Origin: Eledone cirrhosa
Taxonomy: Eukaryota
Length of the DNA stretch: 64,000 nt
Reading direction: 5' to 3'
NCBI GenBank assembly: GCA_964016885.1
Contig: OZ024740.1
Span: 24,118,001-24,182,000, forward strand
The notes under the pieces were generated by a model, which had not been told where the DNA came from, searched no databases, and saw only the letters and a program-made list of their open reading frames with translations. Every line of letters starts with the position of its first letter. Within the stretch, counting starts at the first letter, position 1. The position numbers and the translations under genes are program-made. This document shows, in pieces, positions 13,914-25,640 of this stretch.

Positions 13914-14460
13914 CTAGCAGAAAAACCACCCACCGAGGTGGTTTTCTGCTAGCATGTGTAGTGTGTATATTGATATTAAACGCAAGTATATATACATGTA
14001 GATATGATACATCAAATAAAATCGTAATTGACAATATAAACATAAATTGAACGAAGACGTTGTTACACTGTCTTATGTAATCAGTAACGTAATCCATGAT
14101 ATATTAAAAATAGACGATATTATATATAAACTGCATAAGGAGAAAATTAGTGACAGAAAATTAGTATGTTTATTTAAGTGATCGCCACCGGAAGTGTTGA
14201 CATCATACACTCTCTCTTTCTATATATATGGTAGTTGAGTGGTGGTGGTGGCAACGATATACCGGAAGTGCAACTTTGAAAAGAAGTCAATTTTAAATTA
14301 TTCATTTTTACGAAATTATTTTTGTTTACGAAATTTAGTAGATAAATTATGTAATATACATTCATTAGTTATTCAAAGTAATCCAACTTATTTTACTAAC
14401 GGGATAAAAATAAAATAAACTGTACGCAGTCCCGCAGACCTTCCTTTATTATAGTTTAGA
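13914..14460 (-). mobile_element. Probable non-autonomous Helitron (~547 bp)
   Basis: The minus strand begins A|TCTAAACTATAATAAAGG (14460) and ends with a GC-rich hairpin ACCACC-TCGGTG-GGTGGT, then TTTTCTG and CTAG|T (13914). That gives a 5'-TC, a subterminal hairpin, 3'-CTAG, an A|T target and no TSD. Confidence 0.7.
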
Positions 14461-14524
14461 TGTTTAAGATAAACAGAAATAACAACACAATCGGTACAGT
14501 ATATGGAAGGTATATATTAGGTTA

Positions 14525-14623
<99 letters not shown>

Positions 14624-14785
14624 TGAGTGTGTGTGTGCGTGTGTGTGTGTGTGCGTGTGTTTGTGTGTATGTATGTATATCTATGTGTGTATCTATCTGT
14701 GTAGTAATTCTCTCTTTCTGCCAATATGCACTCTCTCCCTCTGTCTATCTGTTTCTCTCTCTCCTTTCTCTCTCTCTCTCTCTCT

Positions 14786-14827
<42 letters not shown>

Positions 14828-14840
14828 ATATATATACATA
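14525..14840. repeat. (TA)n/(TG)n/(CT)n microsatellite cluster
   Basis: Read directly. Confidence 0.95.
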
Positions 14841-15155
14841 TTAATTTGCTCTAATCTCTTGAGGACTATATCGAAGTATTTCACTCAATATTAACGACAG
14901 TAAAGGGAGGAAACACCTTGCTACACGAGCCCACCTCGTCTTTCTTCTCATCCCTACGCTCTATTCATCTACAAAAACTAACGATTCTGTATTATTCCTT
15001 ATCTATTTCAGAAGCAGAAGAAGGAAGAATGACTGAACTTCGATTTGGTTAGGATTAGATAGATATGTCAATAAGTTTAAAGAAGATAAAATACAAAATC
15101 ACAAAACAGGAAACAAAATGGTGGAAGATTCTCTTATTTAACCTTTTGCTTATAG

Positions 15156-15207
15156 ATCAGACAGAAGCAAAGATAAAGAAAAGCTCCCTCTTGAGAAAAT
15201 GACAGAG
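15156..15207 (+). CDS. Candidate internal exon (SDRSKDKEKLPLEKMTE), unknown gene
   Basis: Acceptor CCTTTTGCTTATAG| and donor GAG|GTAATT, with an open frame ending in phase 0. No homology recognised. Confidence 0.3.
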
Positions 15208-15432
15208 GTAATTAAAAGAAAGACCATATGAAATAATTGCAATCTAATTAACTTTAACTTTGTAATTGGGTCCAAGTGTGCCTGTCTATGTGTATCGGTA
15301 TATTAGGGAGTGTATATGTAATGCGCGTATAACTATATATGTTGTATTTTTATCTGTCTCTGATTGTGTGTATGCCTTATATATTATATATGTATGTATA
15401 TTTGGATAATTATCTATTTTCATCTCTCTTTC

Positions 15433-15502
<70 letters not shown>

Positions 15503-15542
15503 CATATATATATGCATATATGTGTCTGTGTATGTGTGTATA

Positions 15543-15588
<46 letters not shown>

Positions 15589-16146
15589 TGTGTTTGTGTT
15601 TGTGTATTTCTATGTGTGTCTGTTTGTGTGTGAGTGCTTCTGTGTGTGTAAACGATCGCGTGTGTTAAAAAGACGGCGGTGATTGGAATTTGAAAATTGA
15701 ATTGACTTACTAATTTTTGCCGTATTTTTTACTACAAAAAATAATCACCTAACATGTCGTCTAAACCCCAGGAGGGAAAAACTATGAGCAGGATTTGTAC
15801 ACAATTTCAATCCGCACAAATACACTCAAAGTGTCATGACTGTGAGGAAAGACACTAGGTAGACATGCCACACAGTTGGTTTGAATGTACAATCTCGTGT
15901 ACGTAAACCTCAATGCCACTGCCAAATATGCTGTCTTTATGAATATATTCACAGCGATTATTAGCCGACCTTTGCCGAATTTGAATTATATCGTCTCAGA
16001 TGAGCTGTAATATCATCGGTTCATCGTCCGTTATCATTAAAATAAACCATATGTTAGCCGTATGAATAGCAATATCAATTATTCTTAGCAACTTATATAA
16101 ATAAAATGAATTCGTAGTATCACCATAGGATCGTCAATAGAATAGG

Positions 16147-16362
16147 AAAGGAACGATCGACTTTCGTCAAATCGGACCGAGCAAACAATGTTTCCATTGG
16201 TCTTTCCAATTGCTAATACCATCTATCGGTCGCAACTCCAGGTAGAAGGAGCAACGTGAAATAATGTGTCTTGCTCAAGGCATAACGCATCACCCGGTCC
16301 GGGAATCGAACTCAAAACCTCACAATTGCGAATTCAATTCTCTAACCACTCAGCCACACGCC
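16147..16362 (-). mobile_element. SINE family A, full length
   Basis: Reverse-complement homologue of 3855-4056, with GGCGTGTGGCTGAGTGG head and GAGTTCGATTCCC B box. Confidence 0.9.
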
Positions 16363-16392
16363 TTTACATAGAATAGAAACAGAGGAAATAAT

Positions 16393-16607
16393 GGTTTCTT
16401 ATATAGGCACAAGGCCAGTCATTGGGGGGGGGGGGGCGATTAAATCGACCCCAGTGCGTGATTGGTACTTTATTTTATCAACCCCATAAGGATGAAAGGC
16501 AAAGTTAATCTCAGCGAGATTTGAAATCAGATCATAAAGGGCCGCAACACTATGCTGCAAAGCCTGGCGTCCGACCCTCTACCAATACTGCCAATCCACC
16601 GCATGTG
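16393..16607 (-). mobile_element. SINE family B (long variant) with 15-bp TSD
   Basis: Family-B sequence flanked by AACAGAGGAAATAAT at 16378-16392 and 16608-16622. Confidence 0.9.
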
Positions 16608-16795
16608 AACAGAGGAAATAATAAAGAGGTGATCTAACATTGCTGAAACATTGTTAAGTTTCTCGGATCACTATGTACCTGGTAGACAGTTTTGTTAGCC
16701 TAGACAACATAACTGAAAACACTCAGTAATACTTACTGGCTATCATATCGTTCTTATACAGAGTAAATATATATTCATATATGAAGCGAAGTGGA

Positions 16796-16999
16796 GGCGT
16801 GTGGCTGAGTGGTTAGAGAATTGGATACATAATCTTGTGGTTTTGAGTTCGATTCCTGGACCGTGCGATTCGTTATGTCCTTATTTCACGTTGCTCCTTC
16901 TACCTGGAGTTGCGACCGATAGATACTACTAGCAACTGGAAAGACCGACGGAAACATTGTTTCCTCAATCCGATTTGACGAAAATCGATCGATCCTTTA
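16796..16999 (+). mobile_element. SINE family A with internal deletion
   Basis: GGCGTGTGGCTGAGTGGTTAGAG...GAGTTCGATTCC...CGATTTGACGAAA. Part of the CORE-like motif is missing. Confidence 0.9.
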
Positions 17000-17002
17000 T
17001 AT

Positions 17003-17160
17003 GCGGCGAATTGGCAGAATCGTTAGAACGTCGGATAAATTGTTTTGCGTTATTAGTTTCGGTTCTCTTATCTCTGAGTTGAAATCCCACAGGAATCAAC
17101 TTTGTCTTTCATTCATTCGAGGTCGATAAAAAAAGTACCAGTCATATACTGGTGTCGATT
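17003..17160 (+). mobile_element. SINE family B, divergent subfamily
   Basis: GCGGCGAATTGGCAGAATCGTTAG...GAGTTGAAATCCC...GAGGTCGATAAAAAAAGTACCAG. It sits directly after the tail of the family-A copy. Confidence 0.8.
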
Positions 17161-17214
17161 CCTCCATTATAGCTCTTTCTCACTTGCATAATTCTATTTA
17201 TCCTTCTCTGGAAG

Positions 17215-17493
17215 AAATCTACTGTATTCAGAACTGAAGATGAGATGGACGCTACCAGATTCAAAAATGACATAGACGTGCTTTATGTCAATATGGCACA
17301 CCAACGACTTCCCAGGGAGATACAGGACGATATAGTCATATGTAAACTGTTTCAACTAGCATACCAACAAATTGTACTCTGCAGTGAAAGTGGATCTGGC
17401 AAAAATATGTTGAGTCGAGCAATAAGAAGAAGCTTCTCATGGATAACCGAACCAGAATCCGTGCTTCTTCAGAATATAGCAACTTCTGTTTAA
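17215..17493 (+). CDS. Candidate terminal coding exon or ORF of unknown product
   Basis: Non-repetitive 92-codon open frame (KSTVFRTEDEMDATRF...IATSV*) preceded by a pyrimidine tract and AG at 17213-17214. Its phase is compatible with the 15156-15207 exon. Confidence 0.3.
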   Translation, partial: KSTVFRTEDEMDATRFKNDIDVLYVNMAHQRLPREIQDDIVICKLFQLAYQQIVLCSESGSGKNMLSRAIRRSFSWITEPESVLLQNIATSV

Positions 17494-17625
17494 TTGACAA
17501 TGTCTACGTTATGGGAAGCGCCATGTCGAGAAAGAAATCAATAATCACAACTTGAAGAACCATTTGTTTTATTAACATAAATAGTTCCCATAATAAATAG
17601 GAAAAGAGACCCCTCCACACAAAAT

Positions 17626-17785
17626 TAATGGTTTCTGATTTAGGCACAAGGCCAACAATTTTAGGAGGTAGGAGTAAATCGATTAAATCAACCCAAGTGT
17701 GTCACTGGTACTTTAGTTAATCAACCACGTAAGGAAAACCTCGGCGGGATTTCAACTCTGCTGGATGTAACTATGCTGCGAAAAA
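17626..17785 (-). mobile_element. SINE family B, degraded
   Basis: TAGGCACAAGGCCAACAATT...ACTGGTACTTTA...CCTCGGCGGGATTTCAACTC. Confidence 0.8.
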
Positions 17786-17874
17786 TGGTTACATCCCTTT
17801 ATGTAAATATACATAAAACATTAATAATAACAAAGTGACAGATTCTAGACTCTTGTCTATGAGGTAGGTTTCAG

Positions 17875-18052
17875 CTGCACTCCGCGAACAATGTCGGGGA
17901 AATATTGTAAATTAGAAACACCATCGACACTGTCTGCATCAGCGATTCGATCTGATGGACCTCTACCTCCGGTGAAACATCGAGGACACTGGAGATCTCA
18001 ACGGAAACAAGCACGACAAATACGACAACTTTCATTTCAAGAGATATCATAG
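17875..18052 (+). CDS. Candidate terminal exon (CTPRTMSGKYCKLETP...RQLSFQEIS*)
   Basis: GC-elevated unique stretch, TTTCAG acceptor and a 58-codon open frame. No homology recognised. Confidence 0.2.
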
Positions 18053-18204
18053 ACATCATATATTACATGAACAAAAGCTTATCAACAATTTTACATTCGA
18101 TAGTAAAGCCATAACCACACATAGCCAATACACACATATATAAATACATATATGCATACATAAATACATATATAATCTCACACACACACACACGCACACG
18201 CACA

Positions 18205-18312
<108 letters not shown>

Positions 18313-18395
18313 GATGTATTTACATATACACATATATATATGTTTCATATAATATATACATATATACATACATAAATATACATACATACATACGT

Positions 18396-18431
<36 letters not shown>

Positions 18432-18512
18432 GTTATTCCGGGTTGAATCGGAGGTAACCACAGTAAGTAAGGTACTCAATACATTGCAGAGTATAACAGT
18501 TTTAATATAGAT

Positions 18513-18565
18513 GAGATTCTACAGGACTAGAACTGTTTCATTCTTTAGAAATCATCAGGAATCTC
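18513..18565 (-). ncRNA. Type-I hammerhead ribozyme, intact core
   Basis: Minus strand: GAGAUUC-CUGAUGA-U UUC uaaa GAA U-GAA-ACAG uucuaguc CUGU-A^-GAAUCUC. Stem I 7 bp, stem III 4 bp, GUA cleavage triplet. Confidence 0.85.
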
Positions 18566-18570
18566 CTGAG

Positions 18571-18619
18571 GATTCCTGATGATTTCTAAAGAATGAAACA
18601 GTTCTAGTCCTGTAGAATC
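18571..18619 (+). ncRNA. Type-I hammerhead ribozyme, inverted copy
   Basis: GAUUC-CUGAUGA-UUUCUAAAGAAU-GAA-ACAG UUCUAGUC CUGU-A^-GAAUC. Predicted cleavage after 18614. Confidence 0.82.
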
Positions 18620-18622
18620 TCA

Positions 18623-18661
<39 letters not shown>

Positions 18662-18758
18662 TATATATATATAAATACATATATATATGTATATGTATGT
18701 ATCTATGTATGTATGTATATATATGTATGTATACATGTATATATTTATATGAAACATA

Positions 18759-18857
18759 TCTACCTGGAGTTGCGACCGATAGATAGTATTATGAATTGGA
18801 AAGACCAATGGAAACATTGTTTCCTCGGTCCGATTTGACGAAATTCCATTGATCCTA
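18759..18857 (+). mobile_element. SINE family A, 5'-truncated
   Basis: TCTACCTGGAGTTGCGACCGATAGATAG...CGATTTGACGAAA matches the 3' half of family A. Confidence 0.85.
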
Positions 18858-18871
18858 AATATACACACACA

Positions 18872-18983
<112 letters not shown>

Positions 18984-19094
18984 TAAAAGGAATTCCAACT
19001 TTGTCTGATTTACTCGTTTTATTTACAATCCTTTAAAATTATAATCATATTATAATGTAATATTATGGTAGAATATTAAATGTTAAGTGTTAAT

Positions 19095-19133
19095 TGAACA
19101 AGTACTTTCATGCTTTCGCAATTTTCAGGTTCA
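19095..19133 (-). ncRNA. Hammerhead copy with G8>A core mutation (probably inactive)
   Basis: Minus strand UGAAC-CUGAAAA-UUGCGAAAGCAU-GAAAGUACUU-GUUCA, identical to 19205-19243 except at G8. Confidence 0.75.
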
Positions 19134-19204
19134 TATTAAGTGGTGACAGTCACGTTTGCATTTTCACAGTTGAAAATTGCAAACTTGACTGTCACCACTG
19201 AATA

Positions 19205-19243
19205 TGAACCTGAAGATTGCGAAAGCATGAAAGTACTTGTTCA
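19205..19243 (+). ncRNA. Minimal type-I hammerhead ribozyme with palindromic stem III
   Basis: UGAAC-CUGAAGA-U UGC gaaa GCA U-GAA-A guac U-U^-GUUCA. Stem II has a GNRA loop, AAGUACUU is self-complementary, and the triplet is CUU. Confidence 0.85.
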
Positions 19244-19398
19244 ATTAACACTTAACATTTAATATTCTACCATAATATCACATTATAATATGATTATAAT
19301 TTTAAAGGATTGTAAATAAAACGAGTAAATCAAAGTTGGAATTCCTTTTATTAATATAATCATCTATACACAATCATACACACCCGTGTATATTTATT

Positions 19399-19434
<36 letters not shown>

Positions 19435-19437
19435 CCC

Positions 19438-19558
<121 letters not shown>

Positions 19559-19676
19559 CAAAATTAAATTAAATTAAGAGTTGTCATGTCTGAGAGATAT
19601 GCGCCTTATCCACGGCAGAATAAGCTCAAAGATTCCAATGTATAGATCCGAGCATTTCATATCAACTATTTCTAGT

Positions 19677-19765
<89 letters not shown>

Positions 19766-19985
19766 TTGTTTGTGTGCGTGTGAGTGTGTATATGTGTAGT
19801 AAACTGAAATAAAGAAAACCGTTTCGATGATTGTAACATCCGGAACAAACAGAAAAATAATAAAAATAACAACAAAATAACTCATCTAAAACATATTACT
19901 GTAAAAATACAAATAATATTATCCGAATAAACAACATTTCCTTTACCCCTCACAACACGACAACATCAACACAACAATAGTAATA

Positions 19986-20170
19986 ATAATGATTTCTACT
20001 TTTGGCACAAGGCCAGCAATTACCCAGTACATTACTGGTACTTTATTTTATCGACCTCGTAACGATGAAAGGCAAAGTTATTCTCGGCGGGAATTGAAAT
20101 CAGAATGGGAAGGGCCGTAACTCTATGCGTCAAAGCATGGCGTCCGACCTTCTACCAATACTTCCAATCC
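19986..20170 (-). mobile_element. SINE family B (short variant)
   Basis: Family-B consensus match, with the tail in an (AAT)n tract. Confidence 0.9.
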
Positions 20171-20501
20171 ACAAGGGCCGACATGTAGGGGACAATACAA
20201 AGGCAGGGGCAGTGGGGGTTTACAATAAGGTCTAGTAAAAGTGCGCAATGGCAAGACTAATTTAACAATGAAGATATAATAATATAAAATAAACTATGCA
20301 TAAATATAACAAAATAAACTCCCCTCTAGTGGGGTGGACGGCCCAGGGGTGACTCAGGTACCCCACCAATCCTGAACCACCCTGCGCTTCTAAGGCATCC
20401 GGGGTGGCAACCCTCTCCTCCTCAAATTAGCTATCCTATAGTAATAATAATAATGATAATAGTAATTGGTATCATCATCATTATTATCATTAGTATATAT
20501 A

Positions 20502-20922
20502 GGGCGGTGGATTGGCAGTATCAGTAGATGGTCGGACACCATGCTTTGCAGCAAAGAGTTACGGCCCTTTATGATCTGAGTTCAAATCCCGCCGAGGTTA
20601 ACTTTGCCTTTCATCCTTACGAGGTCGATAAAATAAAGTACCAGTAATGTACTGGGTATTTGCTGGCCTTGTGCCAAAAGTAGAAACAATTATTATCATT
20701 AGTATCATTGGGGTTGGCTGTATCTAGAGCGCCGTATAACATGCTTTGCGACATAGAGTTACGACCCTTTATATTCTGATTTCAAATCCCACCAATGTTA
20801 CTTTTGCCTTAAATCCTTATGGGGGTCGATAAAATAAAGTACCAGTAGCGTACTGGTGTCGATCTAATCGACTTTCCTCTCCTCTTCAAATTGCTGGCCT
20901 TGTTCCTAAAGTAGAAACACTT
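20502..20922 (+). mobile_element. Two tandem family-B SINEs (short, then long variant)
   Basis: Copies at ~20502-20692 and ~20709-20922. ATTATCATTAGTAT is duplicated around the first. Confidence 0.9.
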
Positions 20923-22012
20923 ATTGTTGTTGTTATTGTTGTTGTTGTTATTATTAAAAAAAGAAGAAGAAGAAGAAGAAGAAGAAGAAGAAGAAGAATG
21001 AGAGAATTATAGTGAGTAATATATATATATAAGGTAAAAAAAAATGGAGTCTGGAGTCACGTGTTTCCTATCAATATGGCTTGATAATTGTTTAGTGAGG
21101 AACTTGTAATAAACAAATCTAACAAAAAACTTACCTTAAGGATTGGCATTAGATTTGAAGAGAATATAAATTGGGAGACTGCTGGGTAAAAGCGTGAAAA
21201 TAGTGGCAAGTATGTGCATATTTAATTTGATTAGTGAGCGACGTGAGAGTGGTTTAATGAAATATTTTAATGGCGGACATTTCAAATTACGATTGTGTGC
21301 ATTTTGTCTATTTATTTAAATTTTTTTTTTTTCGTCTATGGGTTGTTATAAAACCCCGCATCTCGTTAGATTATGTGGAGTGGGAGAGTGATTGACAGAT
21401 GGGATGACAGAGAGAGAGAAGGTGAGAATAGGGAGAGAGGAGGAAAGACAAAGTGAGTTAAAGGGGACAAAGAAATAGGAGAGATTTGTAGAACAATAAA
21501 CACGAGATAAGGAGCCAGTGCTGTGAATGTGTGTAGGTATATATATTTGTATATAATGCTATAACTGTGTGTATAGGATGTAAGTGTGTCTACAACCTAA
21601 ATACATATTAAATACACCATGTAAACGTAATGAACTGGAAAAACATGTCAAGATATACAATTATACAAATTACATACATATCTCCGGTTTCCAAGTTTCA
21701 TACTAGAATTAGATACTTTAAATACCCGTTTCTGAAGTCAATCACGACGCGAGGTGAACGTTTGTAAAATGTCGCGAATTCAAACAAGGCCTTTTACAAG
21801 AAGACAGTTGCACACAAAAGAGCTCCGAAAATATTGATTTAAAACTTAAATCAAAATCGTGCATTTTATGCCAAAAATATCAAGTATAAATTCAAGTATA
21901 AATGAAGTATAAATTCTCGAAAACATCAACATAAATTCTCGAAAACAACTCGAATACATCAAGTATAAATTCTCGAAAACATCAGTAACTGAACTCAATA
22001 GTAGTTAAACTG

Positions 22013-22058
<46 letters not shown>

Positions 22059-22061
<3 letters not shown>

Positions 22062-22113
22062 AAAAAAAACCGACGGCAGGGTTCAAGCCGTTTCGACGGC
22101 TATTTCTGGACTA
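22059..22113 (-). mobile_element. Third fragment of the 30.6-kb hammerhead element family
   Basis: CCGACGGCAGGGTTCAAGCCGTTTCGACGGCTATTTCTGGACTA abutting (TA)n. Confidence 0.75.
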
Positions 22114-22249
22114 AATTAGAATGTTTAGCGTGGTAAATAAATCTGATTTATTTACCACGTCCCCTCAATCTATTTTATTTCTCATTCTTTCTTTTGATAT
22201 ATAAATTGCTGGCCTTGCGCCTAAAGTAGAAACAATTATTATTATTAGA

Positions 22250-22298
<49 letters not shown>

Positions 22299-22335
22299 TG
22301 CGAAGTTATTTTCATAGTTTAGTCATCACCATCTT

Positions 22336-22390
<55 letters not shown>

Positions 22391-22492
22391 ATATATATAT
22401 ATATATATATATAACCGTCTGATTTAATAGATCTGGAAAATGTTTGCTTTGAAATGTAGTTGTCGACGTAAATTATTATCATAATGGTCATG

Positions 22493-22897
22493 AGGGCGGT
22501 GGATTGGCTGTATCGGTAGAGAGTCGGACGCCATACTTTGCAGCATAGCGTTACGGCCCTTTACGGTCTGAGTTCAAATCCCGCCGAGGTTAACTTTGCC
22601 TTTCATCCTTACGGGGTCGATAAAATAAAGTACCAGTAATGTACTGGCGTCGATTTAATCGACTTTCCCCTCCCCTTCAAATTACTGGCCTATACTAGAA
22701 ATCATTATAATGGTCATTGGCAGTATCGGTAGAGGGTCGGGCGCCATGTTTTGAAGCATAGAGCAACCTCCCTTTATGATCTGAGTTCAAATCCCGCCGA
22801 GGTTAACTTTGCCTTTCATCCTTACGGGGTCGTTAAAATAAAGTACCAGTAATGCACTGGGATAATTGCTGACCTGGTGCCAAAAGTAGAAACAATT
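22493..22897 (+). mobile_element. Two tandem family-B SINEs (long, then 5'-truncated short variant)
   Basis: Copies at ~22493-22707 and ~22717-22897. ATAATGGTCA occurs before, between and after them. Confidence 0.92.
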
Positions 22898-23258
22898 ATA
22901 ATGGTCAATCACAATAAATAATAGTTGAGAATATTTGGTAACGTATCCCTAGTGAGGGGGCTACTTTCTCCACTTTACCAGATTAAATCGAACCTGGTAT
23001 TAGAAATACTTTACTAGAATCACTAAACTATTACCTATAGTTATGACTATTAGACATTTTAAATTTCAGATTTTGTCCATTGTATGTTGCGTCAAGACGA
23101 TGTTGCTGCTGTCTCAAATAATACTGTCTCTAAAAGACGGGGATTTCAGTTTAAGCTACCCTTAAAGTAATATCTAACGTTGTCGCCCAGCTTCCGAGAG
23201 ATGCGGAGATCGTTTCCTCGCAGGTTTCGTTTCCTAGATTTTTTTCTATTATCTTTAG

Positions 23259-23312
23259 TATTTCAAACAACTGAATACTCATCGGTGGAACCGACGGAGG
23301 ATCCATCGTCAT
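23259..23312 (+). CDS. Candidate 54-nt symmetric internal exon
   Basis: Strong acceptor TTTTTCTATTATCTTTAG| and donor |GTAAGT. Phase-1 frame FQTTEYSSVEPTEDPSS; the phase-0 frame is also open. Confidence 0.45.
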
Positions 23313-23693
23313 GTAAGTATTTCCAAAAGAACATATGAATAAAAAGAGAGATTGGAAGTATCTCAGACGAGTAAAGTCACACTTATTGACACAAAGATAT
23401 CAAACCTAGATATACAAATTATCGAATATTTGATATTTTCGGAGAGGAAAAAAAGATAAACAAGCGCGTGATACATAGTGAGATAAAATAGATATGACAT
23501 CGTATAACAAAACAGATTTATTTTCACAACTCTGTACTAATATCACTTGGATATCTTTTAGATATTTGTCTTTTCCTTTTCTCTAGATAATCAAATATGC
23601 ACTCATATACGTATGTAGGCACACTTTCAGAATATCACACGTGGATAGACATATTAGACAAACACACGCATATACACACACAGACTCATCTAC

Positions 23694-23813
<120 letters not shown>

Positions 23814-24112
23814 GTATAAATATAAATATAAACATATATAGTTATGTATATATAGATACATAAATATATATGTATGTATGTATGTATGTGTGTATGTATG
23901 TACATATAAATATATGTGTGTGTGTGTGTGTTTATGATTTCCTACTTGAATTAGTTGTTTGTACTCAGACATTATATAGAATTACGTTTGGTGTGAAAAT
24001 ATACCGACTGTCCACTGCAGTTAACACTGTTTAGTTGTTTTTATCTTTTCACTGAAGAAATATAGAAGAAACATAAAAACCGAAATATATAAGTATGTGT
24101 CTATGTACTGGC

Positions 24113-24195
<83 letters not shown>

Positions 24196-25154
24196 TGAAG
24201 AGATCGATAGATAGATGCATACATACGTACATACATACGTACGTACGTATATATATATATATATATATATACTCCCATACATATGTATATATGTATATAT
24301 ATATACATACATGCATATATACACACATACAGTTACTCTTACAAACCAATTCACCGATCAATATCAGTCTAGCAAGTGTACACGGTTCAATCAATCTTAA
24401 ATTCTCCCCGTTACCATCTCTCCAACCCTTAAAAAGACATAAAGACAGAGAGAGATGGAAACGCAGATATCTACGTATGTTTTCTTCACTGGTCTAATGT
24501 GACACGACAGGCGAAGCTGGTTTATTGCTATGTAGATCACGCCGTCTTTCACTCTACACAATCTGTGTTAATGAAATGCCACGAGAACTGTGAATGCCTA
24601 CAGTACGTGAGCTGAGCGGCCAATAAGGAGGATGGATAAGCTTGGTGTCTGTGTTAGGTGTGGCGTTTTGCTGGGTGTCCCTGTGGTGACATACAGACGG
24701 ATATGTTAGTGTGTCAATGTGGTTATGTAAATATTTGCGTGTAATGTGTGGATGTGAGTGTATGTATGTGTTTGTATCGTGCTGCTTCCTTGTGTACATA
24801 CGAACGCTGGTTGTTGGCGGAATATTCTTGATTTTTTCTTATTTTTGTTGTTGTAAATTTCATGACGGTAGATCCGTTTCATGAAGGACCTCATGTTGAT
24901 GTTACCGTGGCTGAGGCGTGGTACGAACGAGAACTAGAAAGTGGTAGAGACAGATTCCGTATGGCTGTGGTAGGCGTGGTTTAAGTTAGTTAATGATAAC
25001 GAATGTTGTAAGTGGAAGCAGGTTGTTCTTGTACGTGGCTTGCATGGAAAGAAGTATTTGTAAACGGAGACGTTAAAATTTGTTTAAAAAATATCAAGAT
25101 GGTGATGACTAAACTACGAAAATAACTTCGCATACTACTACTACTACTACTACT

Positions 25155-25600
25155 AATTGTTTCTACTTTAGGCGCAAGGCCAGCAATTTGAAGGGGAGAG
25201 TCGATTAAATCGAACTCAGTGTATTACTGGTACTTTATTTTATCGACCCCGTAAGGATGAAAGGCAAAGTTAATCTCGGAAGGATTTGAACACAGAACGA
25301 GAAGGCCCGTAACTCTAAGCCACAAAGCATGGTGTCGGACGCTCTACCGATATTGCCAATCCACTGTCCTACTAATACTTCTAATAATGATTTCTAGTAT
25401 CGGCACAAGGCCAGTAGTTTGTGGTGAGTGGAAAGTCGATTAAATCAACCCCAGTACGATACTGGTACTTTATTTTATCGACCCCGTAAGGATGAAAGGC
25501 AAAGCTAACCTCGGCGGGATTTGAACTCGGAACGTAAAGGGCCATAACTCTATGCCACAAAGTATAGTATCCGACAATGTGCCGATACTGCCAATCCGCC
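25155..25600 (-). mobile_element. Two tandem family-B SINEs
   Basis: Copies at ~25155-25366 and ~25385-25600, both matching the long variant. Confidence 0.9.
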
Positions 25601-25640
25601 ACACTAATAATAAAAATAATAATTATTATTATCATAATCA

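Larger units (their letters stand above)
18431..18629. mobile_element. (TA)n-flanked fold-back element 1 (Penelope-like pseudo-LTR remnant)
   Basis: Perfect 59-bp inverted arms at 18505-18563 and 18571-18629, each carrying a hammerhead, plus a unique tail at 18431-18504. Confidence 0.75.

Noticed and set aside
17946-17983. TCGAT-CTGATGG-ACC...GGT-GAAAC-ATCGA hammerhead-like fold
   Set aside because: A9 is not conserved and there is no stem III or NUH triplet.
21135-21219. Minus-strand ATG-initiated exon with AG|GTAAGT donor
   Set aside because: In-frame TAA just before the donor. At best a non-coding exon, with no further support.
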